A DNA stretch of 63,566 bases from positions 1 to 63,566 of IMG/VR virus record IMGVR_UViG_3300025832_000008; one strand, written 5' to 3'. How positions within the stretch are numbered: position 1 is the stretch's first letter; each line of letters opens with the position of its first letter. Origin of the DNA: a virus (lineage: Duplodnaviria > Caudoviricetes). The notes beneath the pieces are model-generated. The model made no database searches, was not told the origin of the DNA, and saw nothing but the letters and a program-made list of their open reading frames with translations. Shown here piece after piece: positions 38,501 through 47,926 of the stretch. A program made the position numbers and the translations under genes.

Positions 38501-41500
38501 GGTAAATTAAGTCAAGAAGAAATAAAAGATCTAAAGAAAAGAAAAGTTCAAATAGTACGCTCTGCTGTTATGAATGATGCTATCACTGTTTCTAAAATAA
38601 ACGCTATAATGGCGGAGGATAAAATAACAGGTAACAATGATCTTAAAGAAATACTTGATTTAGCTAGAAAGAAAAGAGCTAAGATCAGAGAGATCAAAGA
38701 GCAAGCATCTACAGGTGATACATCTAAATCAGGTATAGCATACGCTAACAAACTTCAAGAAGAATGGAATGAATTAAATAAATTACATAATAGGTTTGCT
38801 TCTAAGACTATGCAAAAGAAGATTAAGCAAGCTGAAGCAATGAATACTATAAATCCAGCTGAATCTGCTCGCGCTCATTCTATGTTTGAATATTATTCTA
38901 ATCTTGCTGCGTCAAACGTTTATGTTAATAAGAATAAAAACAATACTAGATATGATGTTTTAAAACTCTACAAGACTACTAAAAATGGAATGATTGAGTT
39001 TTTAAAAGAAGATGAGGCACAAGCAGAAATACTTAGATGGGCCGAGGCTAACGATTTGTCAGTTGGTCAAACTATAGATATAGTAGATCAATATAACGAG
39101 GGTAGTAATGCTATTTTTGATTCAAACTCTAACCGTATTATAGTATTTGAAGACAATATATTAAAAAGTATATACTCTCAAGGCACGAATAGCTTAGCGG
39201 CGAGGTTTGCTGCTGTAAGTCCACTACATGAATTGCTTCATGCATACAATAAAAGTATTAAGATAACAGATGAAGGTTTATTAAAGAATATGGATCTTGC
39301 TGTTCAAGGTCTTAATGATTTAATTGAGCAAAAGAAAAACAATGGCGAGATCAGTGAAGCTGAATATAATTACTTCCAAGCTCGTAAAGCATTGTATGAT
39401 AAGACAGATGTAAAAAACGAAGAACTTATAACATTAGTAAATGACTTGGTTGCCACTAACGTTATTAGTTCAAATGAGTTTACTCAATTATATCAACTTA
39501 AAACAGCTGTTAATGCTCTTAATAGATCTTTTATAGGTGAGGCAAATGATTACAACCATATAGAGACTGGTGATGACTTGTTTAACTATATATCAACTTT
39601 CCAAAAAGTATCAAAGAAACAAGCATTAAGTATTACTGGTACACCTCAAGAAGCTGATGAAGAGAGATTAAGAAGATCTAGAGGTGATGTGCGTGAATTA
39701 CCTGAAGAAGATAAAAAAGAACTTGATGAAACTGTAAAGGTAGCTAAGAAAATATACAAAGAAGAAAAGCGACAAACAAGACCAATTAGAGAAGCTAAAG
39801 CTAAAATAGAAGCTCTTACAGCAAATAATGTATTTGAACATGCTAATGCTTTATATGATTTATTAGGCGTTGATGGTGCTACTGAGATTACATATCTATG
39901 GGAAAACGAAGTATCAAGAAGATTAGCTACTAGTGATGCTTTTTCTGGATACAGGTTAAATGATCAGTTTGAAGAGAAGAAACCAGATATTATACAAATA
40001 GCATTATACGGAACAGAAAGAAGACCTAGTGATTCTGTATTAGGATTGATTAAAGGTTACAGTAAAGAATCTGGTGTTCCATTAGCTGCTTGGATAAATA
40101 AATATATAAATAGAAAGATAAATGGTGTTATTAGAGAGGAGTTTCCTGATTTATCGGGTAAGCAAATACAAATAACTGACAACATAGAAAGATTTAATCC
40201 TGCTTTTAGAACTGATGCAGAAGATACTTCTTTTGAAGAAGAGGACATAAGTCCTGGTGCGGCTCCATCAAAATTAATTAAGAAGGCTAAATCATTAACA
40301 CTTATAGATCCAATAAGGATTCTTGATACTTGGGATGATGACACAAAAGACAAAGTACTTAGTAATATAAGAGAGAGATTAGCTGAATTAGATTTAAAAA
40401 AATTAACATTTGCTGAATTAAGAGATTTAGATGTTAATTCCACTGCTTTAATGTTTGGTGTTAAGGTTAATAAGATTACTGAAAAGAAAGATAATCTTAA
40501 TTCAACTGAAATGCTTAACGCTCAAAAAACATTTAAAGAGATTGGTTTTAAGAAAATACTTGATCTACTACCATTTGCTACAGTTCCAACACCAGAGGGT
40601 GGTTCTAGACGTATTACAAAGGGTATTGATACACAAGCAATATCTGATGAGTTAATTGGAACTTCCACTGGACTACCTTACAATTTGCTTAAAGGTCTTT
40701 ATGATAAAAGTGATAGGGTTAAAACAGCTGCGGGCATACCCGAATATACTAAGAAAAAAGGTTTATCAGCTGAAGATGTTGCTTTATACTTAGGTATGAA
40801 AGAAGACGGTACCGTTGTTGATAACAATCAAAGAGGAGCTGTTGGGCAGAACATTAAGGGTATGATGGAGCTTGTAGGTAGATTAATAACAAATAGAGCT
40901 GTTAGAGTTGAATTACAACAGTCTCCACAATACATGGTTTATGCAGCTAATATTGCTGCTGGTAAATCTCCATTAATGGCATCTAAATCTATTGATGGCA
41001 AAGTTGCAATAGCTAATAAAAAAATAGCTAAAAGTGCTGGTATAAAAGGATTTGAAAAAATGTCAGATTATACTTTGCTTAATGCGATTGAGAGCAAGCA
41101 AGATGAAATGGTTAAAGCAAGTATTAAGACTTACGATAGTAAAAATCTTAGTAAAGATTTTAATTTAATACTACAGCATAAAACCGGTATGCGATTTAAT
41201 AAGATTATATCTGGTGATCAGGCTAGTGTATTAGGTAACGAAAAGGGTAGACTTGATGTTTGGATACCACCATCAGCTGAAGACTTTGTTGGTCTGTTAT
41301 ATAAGACATTACCAAAGGGTAAGCAAGGAGAAGAGGCCATGAGGTATTATAAGAGGAATTTATTTGATCAATTTAATAAAGGTGAAAACGCTATAGATGC
41401 TCTAACTGTTCAGATGTCAAATGATTATAAAGCTATTAAGAAAGATATGCTTATTAGACCAAAGTATTTATCAAAAAAGAATAAAACTGGTTCAACTAAT

Positions 41501-43204
41501 GAGCAATCTATGAGAGCTTGGATGTTTCATAAAGGCGGTCATAAAATACCTGGTTTTAATGATAAAGACTTGGCTGACCATTTACGCGTAGTAAATAATG
41601 ACGATTCTCTTAGAGAATTAGCTAAGGCTATTATGAAGATAACTAAAAGCAGTACATATACAAAACCAAGTAAAGGATGGAAGAATGGTAGTGTACATAA
41701 TGATATGTATAATTACTTAAGAAAAGAAGCTAGAGAAAAGTATCTAAAAGAGTGGCAAGTTAATGCAGACGCTATATTTAGTAAAGATAATATGAATAAA
41801 CTTCAAGCATTGTATGGTAAAGGTTATTCTATAGCTCTTCAAGAAATGCTAAAGACCATGAAAGAGGGTAGAAATAATGAGTTTAAAAATGATGAAGTTA
41901 ATAGATTAATGGATTATATAAATGGCTCAACCGCGGCCATAATGTTCTTAAATACTAGATCTGCTTTATTACAAACTATATCAGCTATTAACTTTATAAA
42001 TTGGTCTTACAATAACCCAGCTATGGCTGCTAAAGCGTTTGCTAATCAAAAGCAATACTGGAAAGATTTTTACTATTTATTTAATTCTGGTTACTTAGTT
42101 GCTAGACGAAAGGGATTAAAAATAAACGTTAGTGAAGCTGAGATTGCCGAAGCTGGTCAACAGCCACAAGACAAGTTTAGATCTGTAATGGCTTTAATGT
42201 TAAAAAGAGGTTACGCTCCTACACAGTTTGCTGATAGTTTTGCAATAGCTAGCGGTGGTGCTACGTTTTATAGAAACTTAGTTGATAAATTAAAAAAAGA
42301 AGTTGATGCTAAAGGAAATAAAGTTTATACTACAGAGCAAGCTGAAGAAATGGCGTTTGAAGAGTTTAGAGTTATATCAGAAGACTCTCAGCAATCAAGT
42401 AGAACAGATAAAGTTAGTATGCAGCAAGCTACTGGAACTGGTAGGTTAATATTAGCATTTGCTAACGCACCAATGCAATATGCTAGACTATCTAAAAAAG
42501 CATTTATTGATCTTAAAAACGGTAGAGGAGATACTAAAACAAATATCTCTAAAATAATTTACTACACAGTAGTTCAAAACGTGATATTCAACTATGTTCA
42601 ATCAGCTATGTTTAAATTCCTTTTTGGAGATTCTGATGATGAAGAAGAAGAGGAAAAACAATATGATATGGCAAACTCTATGCTTAACAGTATATTGAGA
42701 GGTATTGGTATATACGGTGCGTTTGCTGCGATGGCTAAAGACGTTGCGTTTAAATGGTGGAAAGAAAGTCATAAGAAAAGACCTAAATATACTAATGCTG
42801 TGTGGGAGGTAAGTAATATAGCTCCAGCAATTGATTCTAAAGTTAGTAAACTACGTGCATTAGCAAGTGCTGCTGAAAGAGGTGCATTTGATGATCTTGA
42901 TACTGGTAATTGGATACTACCAAGTGCAAAGGTTTTCACAGCAGTAACAAATATTCCTTTAGACAGAGCTGTAAGTAAATTCAATAATATAGAGGCAGCG
43001 ATATCAGCTCAACATGAGTTATGGCAAAGCGTTTTTATGCTTGGTGGTTTTGAAGCTTGGCAGCTTGGTATAAGGAGTGAGGAAAATAGATCGTCAAGTG
43101 ATAGTGGTGGATTTGATTTCGAAGAAAACGAAGGATATAATGAAGAAACTGGTCAGCCAGCAAAAGAAAATATACCAGGAGAGTATTCTTATAGAAAGAT
43201 ATAG
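35507..43204 (+). CDS. Giant (2565 aa) polyvalent ejection-like protein with lysozyme-like and HExxH domains
   Basis: I...EG..NYN...MTV.Q...Q...A.G.YQ...F....QE.LA...EWA.LP (lambda-lysozyme-like, ~36780-37250); HELLH at 39227. Confidence 0.75.
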   Translation: MAEQNNNGWVPPTDAIKVEDSIAVEETWVPPTDAIKVEDSIAVDQVGKSEGVGTVEASTTPSNEQASLETPTIESKKQLTPQVKPGEKMVDISGSLYTFKEIENSDAYKKGKYKTVEDYVSKFGKNASYIESIDVETELPTIEEASTYKAKELAIGKEKNNEINSKLKSINESDPSVVKTFINKKVDDALVDFPYEYEYETIRSGGEPKTVPTKIPPTEEQLKEFLGESVYDLYTQYRKTGTIDKENMALASEMFPYEVDAAVKEVKGKTSEFYQANLDRSERKALNLFQSGGIDSDLQLQHQDGLRDEQEYYRLTGTKLYGEKELMGQTYNPSPLTLYDLGLTDKLPTETKEKYIKATSVKIKNDFNELNQDAIDLNKSVEDYNVKYGSDLSRYNELVYNLNNFNENTGTVDSPDVSKNDDIDRFASLKKTIRAIEGNNNYNAYNGNPTNDKVIFTDMTVQQAMDWQKNNGGKAIGIYQYKNESLLEALKGTGISKDVKFNEEVQEKLADWSIRVKRKGNKYLSGDITYDELAELIASEWAALPMISGDRKGKSRYGGSNESQITAEAYEDIIKAIQVYKDVDQSYESMYEEYVQLQNSLSDSKAFELSDNFKSQADDIKQRSLQISEMAGSTNDLSAVVDATNKNYSSIDRALLQLEKSFLGSGAMLGAGALKISADVLNYVNDIGDNDRAPTGLTPKIDSLYSDAINYNEALATELSEDFVRDYTLDDVMSLDVTKANYLGQVLANNSPSIATVLSMPLIGGISGVSSLGAGTFGRMMAQRAFNNAGRNLATAAFFNMEAGGKLAELEMSQRNAKKLIPILEGSLANATTPAERLELEKQINEQTNLLNAGMMRKGFSSLMYGSIASYAERFGTLSYVNNLKRFTTRGGGLLKKTLYGGAGMSYNVGIEELEEIGTQIGHNFVDIALFDADKSMLDGIDKDFLANVFISSVAIQGPGRASNMYSMLRDEVMTLDEKKTVRDLRNELIKIEADIRGGKLSQEEIKDLKKRKVQIVRSAVMNDAITVSKINAIMAEDKITGNNDLKEILDLARKKRAKIREIKEQASTGDTSKSGIAYANKLQEEWNELNKLHNRFASKTMQKKIKQAEAMNTINPAESARAHSMFEYYSNLAASNVYVNKNKNNTRYDVLKLYKTTKNGMIEFLKEDEAQAEILRWAEANDLSVGQTIDIVDQYNEGSNAIFDSNSNRIIVFEDNILKSIYSQGTNSLAARFAAVSPLHELLHAYNKSIKITDEGLLKNMDLAVQGLNDLIEQKKNNGEISEAEYNYFQARKALYDKTDVKNEELITLVNDLVATNVISSNEFTQLYQLKTAVNALNRSFIGEANDYNHIETGDDLFNYISTFQKVSKKQALSITGTPQEADEERLRRSRGDVRELPEEDKKELDETVKVAKKIYKEEKRQTRPIREAKAKIEALTANNVFEHANALYDLLGVDGATEITYLWENEVSRRLATSDAFSGYRLNDQFEEKKPDIIQIALYGTERRPSDSVLGLIKGYSKESGVPLAAWINKYINRKINGVIREEFPDLSGKQIQITDNIERFNPAFRTDAEDTSFEEEDISPGAAPSKLIKKAKSLTLIDPIRILDTWDDDTKDKVLSNIRERLAELDLKKLTFAELRDLDVNSTALMFGVKVNKITEKKDNLNSTEMLNAQKTFKEIGFKKILDLLPFATVPTPEGGSRRITKGIDTQAISDELIGTSTGLPYNLLKGLYDKSDRVKTAAGIPEYTKKKGLSAEDVALYLGMKEDGTVVDNNQRGAVGQNIKGMMELVGRLITNRAVRVELQQSPQYMVYAANIAAGKSPLMASKSIDGKVAIANKKIAKSAGIKGFEKMSDYTLLNAIESKQDEMVKASIKTYDSKNLSKDFNLILQHKTGMRFNKIISGDQASVLGNEKGRLDVWIPPSAEDFVGLLYKTLPKGKQGEEAMRYYKRNLFDQFNKGENAIDALTVQMSNDYKAIKKDMLIRPKYLSKKNKTGSTNEQSMRAWMFHKGGHKIPGFNDKDLADHLRVVNNDDSLRELAKAIMKITKSSTYTKPSKGWKNGSVHNDMYNYLRKEAREKYLKEWQVNADAIFSKDNMNKLQALYGKGYSIALQEMLKTMKEGRNNEFKNDEVNRLMDYINGSTAAIMFLNTRSALLQTISAINFINWSYNNPAMAAKAFANQKQYWKDFYYLFNSGYLVARRKGLKINVSEAEIAEAGQQPQDKFRSVMALMLKRGYAPTQFADSFAIASGGATFYRNLVDKLKKEVDAKGNKVYTTEQAEEMAFEEFRVISEDSQQSSRTDKVSMQQATGTGRLILAFANAPMQYARLSKKAFIDLKNGRGDTKTNISKIIYYTVVQNVIFNYVQSAMFKFLFGDSDDEEEEEKQYDMANSMLNSILRGIGIYGAFAAMAKDVAFKWWKESHKKRPKYTNAVWEVSNIAPAIDSKVSKLRALASAAERGAFDDLDTGNWILPSAKVFTAVTNIPLDRAVSKFNNIEAAISAQHELWQSVFMLGGFEAWQLGIRSEENRSSSDSGGFDFEENEGYNEETGQPAKENIPGEYSYRKI

Positions 43205-43224
43205 ATATAGTGTATAGCAAAAAG

Positions 43225-43257
43225 AAAAGGCCAATGATTAATTTCACTGGCCTTTTT
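43225..43257. terminator. Bidirectional terminator between the convergent arms
   Basis: AAAAGGCCAATGA...TCACTGGCCTTTTT. Confidence 0.8.
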
Positions 43258-43286
43258 AAGTATAATTCACCGTTATTAAGTGTTTT

Positions 43287-43487
43287 TCACTTAGGTTTAG
43301 CGATAAGTGCTTCATTTTTAACCTTTAACTGCTCTATAGCTTCATCGTAATTTGGCATTAGCTTAAGTAATTGAGATGCGCCAACGGCTAAATCTTTAAC
43401 TGAGTTTAACTCATTAAATAAATACTCAACCATTCTTTTAAGAGAGTTAATCTCTTTCTGCATTTGTATTAAAGTTGACTCTTTCAT
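43287..43487 (-). CDS. Hypothetical coiled-coil protein
   Basis: Last ORF of the minus-strand operon. Confidence 0.75.
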   Translation of the reverse strand: MKESTLIQMQKEINSLKRMVEYLFNELNSVKDLAVGASQLLKLMPNYDEAIEQLKVKNEALIAKPK

Positions 43488-43627
43488 TATTCCTCTTGTT
43501 TGAAAATTGTTAATGCCACATCTACGAACGGTAGATATAAAACATGAGTAATTTTAAGTGTTTCATTATATGATCTAAATCCTAAAAGTATTCCAGGGTA
43601 TAAACCAAAGCTTATTTCGTATTCCAT
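43487..43627 (-). CDS. Hypothetical 46-aa protein (not in ORF track)
   Basis: MEYEISFGLYPGILLGFRSY...HVLYLPFVDVALTIFKQEE; fills the gap with a TAATG overlap. Confidence 0.7.
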   Translation of the reverse strand: MEYEISFGLYPGILLGFRSYNETLKITHVLYLPFVDVALTIFKQEE

Positions 43628-43632
43628 AATTA

Positions 43633-44100
43633 TTATTTATTTTTTCTTTCTAAAATTAATTTAACTGTTTCCTCAACTTCTTTTATGGTCTGAGGCTTGT
43701 AGATATACCTTGTATCGTTATTATCTATCAACCATTTCTTAAACATTTTCCACCTTAATGGAAATGAATCGTTAGCTCTGCCCTTACACTCTATTATATA
43801 ATCAACTCCAGTGAAATCAGGTTTGTATGTTATACTTTGTAATTTATTATTACCTCTTTCCTTATAATCACCTTTGCCGTTAGCTTGGCGTTCTGTTACA
43901 CTACTAGAGAACTTAAAACCCTCTAGAAGTATAAATGACTCTTGTTCATATTTCTCAAAAAGACCCGCTGTCTTAAGTGCAATATACATTGTCTTTTCCA
44001 GACCAGATAAAAATTGAATACCGTCATATACAACTTTCCTTGCTGTTACTGGACCTTTCTTTCTACTGTACTTCTTAAACGGGTTTCTTTTTGTTGCCAT
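43633..44100 (-). CDS. PD-(D/E)xK endonuclease (T7 endonuclease I / resolvase-like)
   Basis: F.SGLE...Y.PDF...IIECKG motif. Confidence 0.8.
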   Translation of the reverse strand: MATKRNPFKKYSRKKGPVTARKVVYDGIQFLSGLEKTMYIALKTAGLFEKYEQESFILLEGFKFSSSVTERQANGKGDYKERGNNKLQSITYKPDFTGVDYIIECKGRANDSFPLRWKMFKKWLIDNNDTRYIYKPQTIKEVEETVKLILERKNK

Positions 44101-44102
44101 GT

Positions 44103-44330
44103 TTAATTAATGTCTTTTAATTCATCTTTTACTGCTTGTAAATATAGTATTGCATCCATGAGCTCTTCTTGGACATCGTTTACATAGTCAAATAAGCCTT
44201 TAACATTACTAGTACGCTCATCGTGAAGTGTTTGACCATACTTTTTAAAACCAACGTCAGAACGCTTTACAAAATTATCAACTACTTTTTCTACTACTGG
44301 GTCTCTAAATTCAATTGTTTTTTTAGTCAT
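44103..44330 (-). CDS. Small all-alpha NTP-pyrophosphatase-like protein (probable start 44330)
   Basis: RS..G.KKYG.TL...EELMDAILYL. Confidence 0.55.
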   Translation of the reverse strand: MTKKTIEFRDPVVEKVVDNFVKRSDVGFKKYGQTLHDERTSNVKGLFDYVNDVQEELMDAILYLQAVKDELKDIN

Positions 44331-44331
44331 A

Positions 44332-45120
44332 TTATAATGTATCTTTTTTAAATGTTCCGTTTTCCATTTTACCAGTTCGTTTTGCAATAACCTCGTAAGC
44401 AGATTCTATACAGTCTTCGACAGATAGACCTCGAAGCTCTGCTAGGTTAGTTAACACTACTATCATATCACCAATAGCATCTTTAACCTCTGGTTGATCG
44501 TCTTTAAGTAATGCTTGAGCTAATTCACCAGCCTCTTCAAGAAGTTTAATATATTGCGTCTTTGCATCACCCTTTTCATATATACCTCGATCTTTAGCCC
44601 ACAAACGAATTGAATCAAAAACATTGTCAAATGAGACATCAATAGACGCGTTCATTGCATCAGCTAAGGCTTTATTATATACAAAACAACGATCAGTACT
44701 GAATTGCGATGTTATCGCGTTAGACACGATCCATTCAACTGATGATAGATTAAATACAAAAGAACCAAATTCTGGATGTTGCCACTCTGCACCAATATGC
44801 TGTAATAGTTTAGCCTTAAGCTTATGTATTGGAAATGGAAAAGTAGTTGTCTGATCTGTTATATTTACTTTCATATTAAATTCTTTTACGTTTTTTAATT
44901 GTAATTCTTTATAAGGCGTCTCATCAACCTTATACCCAAACATTTTTTGTAAAGATATTTCTTTTTCTGATATGTAAATAACATCAGTAGACTGATCTAA
45001 TATTTCATACTCTCCTTCTTTATATCCCTGCTGTTTTTCTACCCTTTGTTTTAAATTAGATGTAGCACCTATTTTTTTACCTGGTATGTGATAGATGTAG
45101 TAAACTTTTTCTTGTTCCAT
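44332..45120 (-). CDS. MazG-like nucleotide pyrophosphohydrolase with N-terminal GIY-YIG-like domain
   Basis: C-terminal KL.EE.GELA...DAIGD..VVL..LA...AY..I..R.G; N-terminal YYIY...KIGATSNL..R...E. Confidence 0.8.
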   Translation of the reverse strand: MEQEKVYYIYHIPGKKIGATSNLKQRVEKQQGYKEGEYEILDQSTDVIYISEKEISLQKMFGYKVDETPYKELQLKNVKEFNMKVNITDQTTTFPFPIHKLKAKLLQHIGAEWQHPEFGSFVFNLSSVEWIVSNAITSQFSTDRCFVYNKALADAMNASIDVSFDNVFDSIRLWAKDRGIYEKGDAKTQYIKLLEEAGELAQALLKDDQPEVKDAIGDMIVVLTNLAELRGLSVEDCIESAYEVIAKRTGKMENGTFKKDTL

Positions 45121-45121
45121 A

Positions 45122-45778
45122 TTAAAAATTTAGTTTATTATTATACAAATGTAAGTTGTTTGCGAAATGGTAATACCATCCTGGTTGTATAGCAAGCTCT
45201 CTAGCTATTAATTTTTGTAGTTCTGAAAAACAGTATTGATCATTACAGAAACCATACCATAGATCATTAGAACGCATTATAACAGTCATGTTTAATTTAC
45301 CTTCATGTATGTCAAAGGTTATACCCAACGTACATGGTGTATCAAACTCGTATTTTGATGCTTCTTTACCATCATAAATAGATATAACAGCTTGTCTAGT
45401 TGTAGGATCTTTTCTTAATAACTCTATTACATTCTGTAGTTGATTATTTCTATTCCATTGGTATCCATAATTTGAATTAACGTTACCATTAGCATCAGCC
45501 ATTTTTTGCCATATGATTGGTACTTTACCGTATATATCACCAAGTTTAGATATATTTCTATCTCCAGACAAATACCACTGCCATTCAGCTTCGGCGTATT
45601 CTTTTTTCCATTTCCTACTATTATTCGTTATAAGATTCTGCGTTGGATTAAGTATTTGCATACCAATATTTACAACGCGTTTAGTATCTCTATGATTATG
45701 ACCATGTCTATTTATATAATCATAAAAGTAGTTGAATGCTTCGTTAGCATCTTTAAAAACATTATACATATTAATCAT
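45122..45778 (-). CDS. Thymidylate-synthase-superfamily enzyme, dCMP hydroxymethylase/methylase-type
   Basis: YG.QW, TRQA, D.PC catalytic Cys, MRSNDLWYGFCND and NLHLY motifs. Start is likely 45778 or 45769. Confidence 0.85.
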   Translation of the reverse strand: MINMYNVFKDANEAFNYFYDYINRHGHNHRDTKRVVNIGMQILNPTQNLITNNSRKWKKEYAEAEWQWYLSGDRNISKLGDIYGKVPIIWQKMADANGNVNSNYGYQWNRNNQLQNVIELLRKDPTTRQAVISIYDGKEASKYEFDTPCTLGITFDIHEGKLNMTVIMRSNDLWYGFCNDQYCFSELQKLIARELAIQPGWYYHFANNLHLYNNKLNF

Positions 45779-46013
45779 TATATTTATTATAGTAATACAA
45801 GTAGTATTCGTAAAGTTTTTCCCATATAACAACTTTACCAAACGACTCTTTACTTCTGTTTATTTTACCGTTTAATTCTATTTCTAAATACCATTTATTA
45901 TTATTCTTTTTATCACTAATAGGAGAAACAAATATCTTATTACGTATACACCATTCAGACGCATCCATCTCTCTGTTTGAAGCATAATAAGAACCCATTA
46001 ATCCCATTGCCAA
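45771..46013 (-). CDS. Hypothetical protein
   Basis: ORF within the operon. Confidence 0.7.
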   Translation of the reverse strand: MAMGLMGSYYASNREMDASEWCIRNKIFVSPISDKKNNNKWYLEIELNGKINRSKESFGKVVIWEKLYEYYLYYYNKYND

Positions 46014-46135
46014 TTTTTTAATTGATCATACTCATCTTTAGATATACATAAACTAAATTCATCATTTAACTTAGAGTCTATAACCTTAATTATAGCGTAT
46101 ATATCTTTCTTATTTACTACTTTAATATTTATCAT
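45998..46135 (-). CDS. Hypothetical protein (probable start 46135)
   Basis: Fills the gap after the primase-helicase. Confidence 0.5.
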   Translation of the reverse strand: MINIKVVNKKDIYAIIKVIDSKLNDEFSLCISKDEYDQLKNWQWD

Positions 46136-46142
46136 AATTATA

Positions 46143-47858
46143 TTATTTTTCCCATGGCATTTTTTCACCTGATACATCTTGTATTTCGTATGGTACAAAG
46201 CCACCAGATCTTGGATCCCATTTGAAATGACATTCAGCACCATTTTCACCAAGGTTTTGAAATTTAATTTTTAATACTTTAACTTTAACTGTTTGATCTT
46301 CGTAATTCCTATGAACTAATAAACCGTGATAACTAGCATCGTACCATTCGCCTCCACCCTTAATATTATACATCGTAGGTTCATCCATCTTACCATCTTT
46401 GTCTTTGTACATCTTTGTTGGATGTGCTACAACTATAACTAGTACATCATACTTTTTAGCAAATATTTCAATCTTACTTAAATATTCAAGCGTGTAAACA
46501 TTAACATCACCAGATTCACTACCACCAGTATCACGAACTTTATTAAAAGGATCTATAACGAGACATTTAATACCTTTACGTTTAACCAGCTCAGCACCTT
46601 TACGTAATACAGAATCAAGTGTATACTTATCCATATCAATAAAGTAGAAGTTATCATTAACATGCTCTTTTACATAATTCCAACGAGCACTTCCAATGTC
46701 TTCTTTCGTAGGCATTTCACCCCATACCTTACGCATCAACTTATGAGCGTGTAAGTACGTTGGTTGATTTTCAGGAGAAGCAAACGCTGTTTTCCATTGG
46801 TAATTATTGTTGTAACCAACAACCATTTGATCAACAAAATCTGACTTACCAGAACTAGGTATACCAGTTACAGCTATGAACTGCTTAGTATATGTTGAAA
46901 ATATATTATCAAAATTCTCTAATCCAACTTGATAACCTGGTTTAAAACCATTTTCAACAAAATCAATTAATTCGCCTTCTATATCATTAAGTGTTGTTAC
47001 ATTCTCTAATGGAACCGCTCTAGATGAATCTAAGACCTTTTTTAACTCTTCGCTGCCATACTTAATCAAATATTCATTCGCGTCCTTACAGTCTTTAAAA
47101 TCAATCGTGAAGCATATCTCAGCTCCAAGCCTTCGTATAAACTCTTGTTTTAAAGCTTGACCAGCTTCATCTGTATCTACAGCTAGTATAATTTTCTTAT
47201 CATCTAAGTAGTCAATACAATTATCTAAATATTCTAAGTTATTAGATGTAAGAGTTGCACCGTTAGGTACTGATATAACATTTTTAATACCAGCTTCGTG
47301 AAAAGCTAATACATCCATTTCACCTTCAACAATAATTACTGAATCGTAACCTACAATGCTATTTATATTGTAGAATATTTTTTCAGCTCCTTTAAATAAT
47401 TTAAAGTTCTTAGCTCCATCTCTGTATTTAATGTTTATCAACTGATCACCCATCCAGTAATTAAACCTTATAGTGTTTTCTGATCTACCAGTTTGAGGCA
47501 TCCATTCCATGCCTTCACTTACCTGAAGTTCTTTTAGAGTATTTTTTGATATACCTCTGATTTTAAACCAATCCTCAACTTTGGTAGAGCTTATCTCCAT
47601 TATTGTGTCTAAACCAGGTCTTACATAAGTTTTTTCACTAGCACCCTTACGTTGATAAGTATGCATTTGAAATGTTGTATTACAATTATGGCACGTACCA
47701 ATACCTATTTCCCAATTATAACTAGCACATTTTAATTTTTTATGTGCACCTTTCCTATCTTCAGAACAAAGTGGACACGTACCTTGTTTTGATCCTTCTT
47801 CAAGACCATGTTGATTGAACTTATCAATCTTAAAACCTTTTATTTCATCCTTATTCAT
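46143..47858 (-). CDS. DNA primase-helicase (T7 gp4 / Twinkle-like)
   Basis: Zn finger CPLC...CHNC; TOPRIM IVEGEMD, D.D..G and KDANE; Walker A GIPSSGKS; LVID; VAHP. Probable start 47858. Confidence 0.93.
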   Translation of the reverse strand: MNKDEIKGFKIDKFNQHGLEEGSKQGTCPLCSEDRKGAHKKLKCASYNWEIGIGTCHNCNTTFQMHTYQRKGASEKTYVRPGLDTIMEISSTKVEDWFKIRGISKNTLKELQVSEGMEWMPQTGRSENTIRFNYWMGDQLINIKYRDGAKNFKLFKGAEKIFYNINSIVGYDSVIIVEGEMDVLAFHEAGIKNVISVPNGATLTSNNLEYLDNCIDYLDDKKIILAVDTDEAGQALKQEFIRRLGAEICFTIDFKDCKDANEYLIKYGSEELKKVLDSSRAVPLENVTTLNDIEGELIDFVENGFKPGYQVGLENFDNIFSTYTKQFIAVTGIPSSGKSDFVDQMVVGYNNNYQWKTAFASPENQPTYLHAHKLMRKVWGEMPTKEDIGSARWNYVKEHVNDNFYFIDMDKYTLDSVLRKGAELVKRKGIKCLVIDPFNKVRDTGGSESGDVNVYTLEYLSKIEIFAKKYDVLVIVVAHPTKMYKDKDGKMDEPTMYNIKGGGEWYDASYHGLLVHRNYEDQTVKVKVLKIKFQNLGENGAECHFKWDPRSGGFVPYEIQDVSGEKMPWEK

Positions 47859-47876
47859 TGTCAAAGTTATTCGGTT

Positions 47877-47903
47877 AAAAAAGCCCCGCAATTTGCGAGG
47901 CTT
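47877..47903 (-). terminator. Intrinsic terminator after ssb
   Basis: Minus strand AAGCCTCGC-AAATT-GCGGGGCTTTTTT. Confidence 0.75.
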
Positions 47904-47926
47904 ATATTTAAGTTAAAAATTCAAAT

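Noticed and set aside
35507-43204. Virion RNA polymerase as in crAss-like or N4 phages
   Set aside because: No DxDGD/DFDID-like catalytic motif seen by eye; a profile search is needed to exclude it fully.
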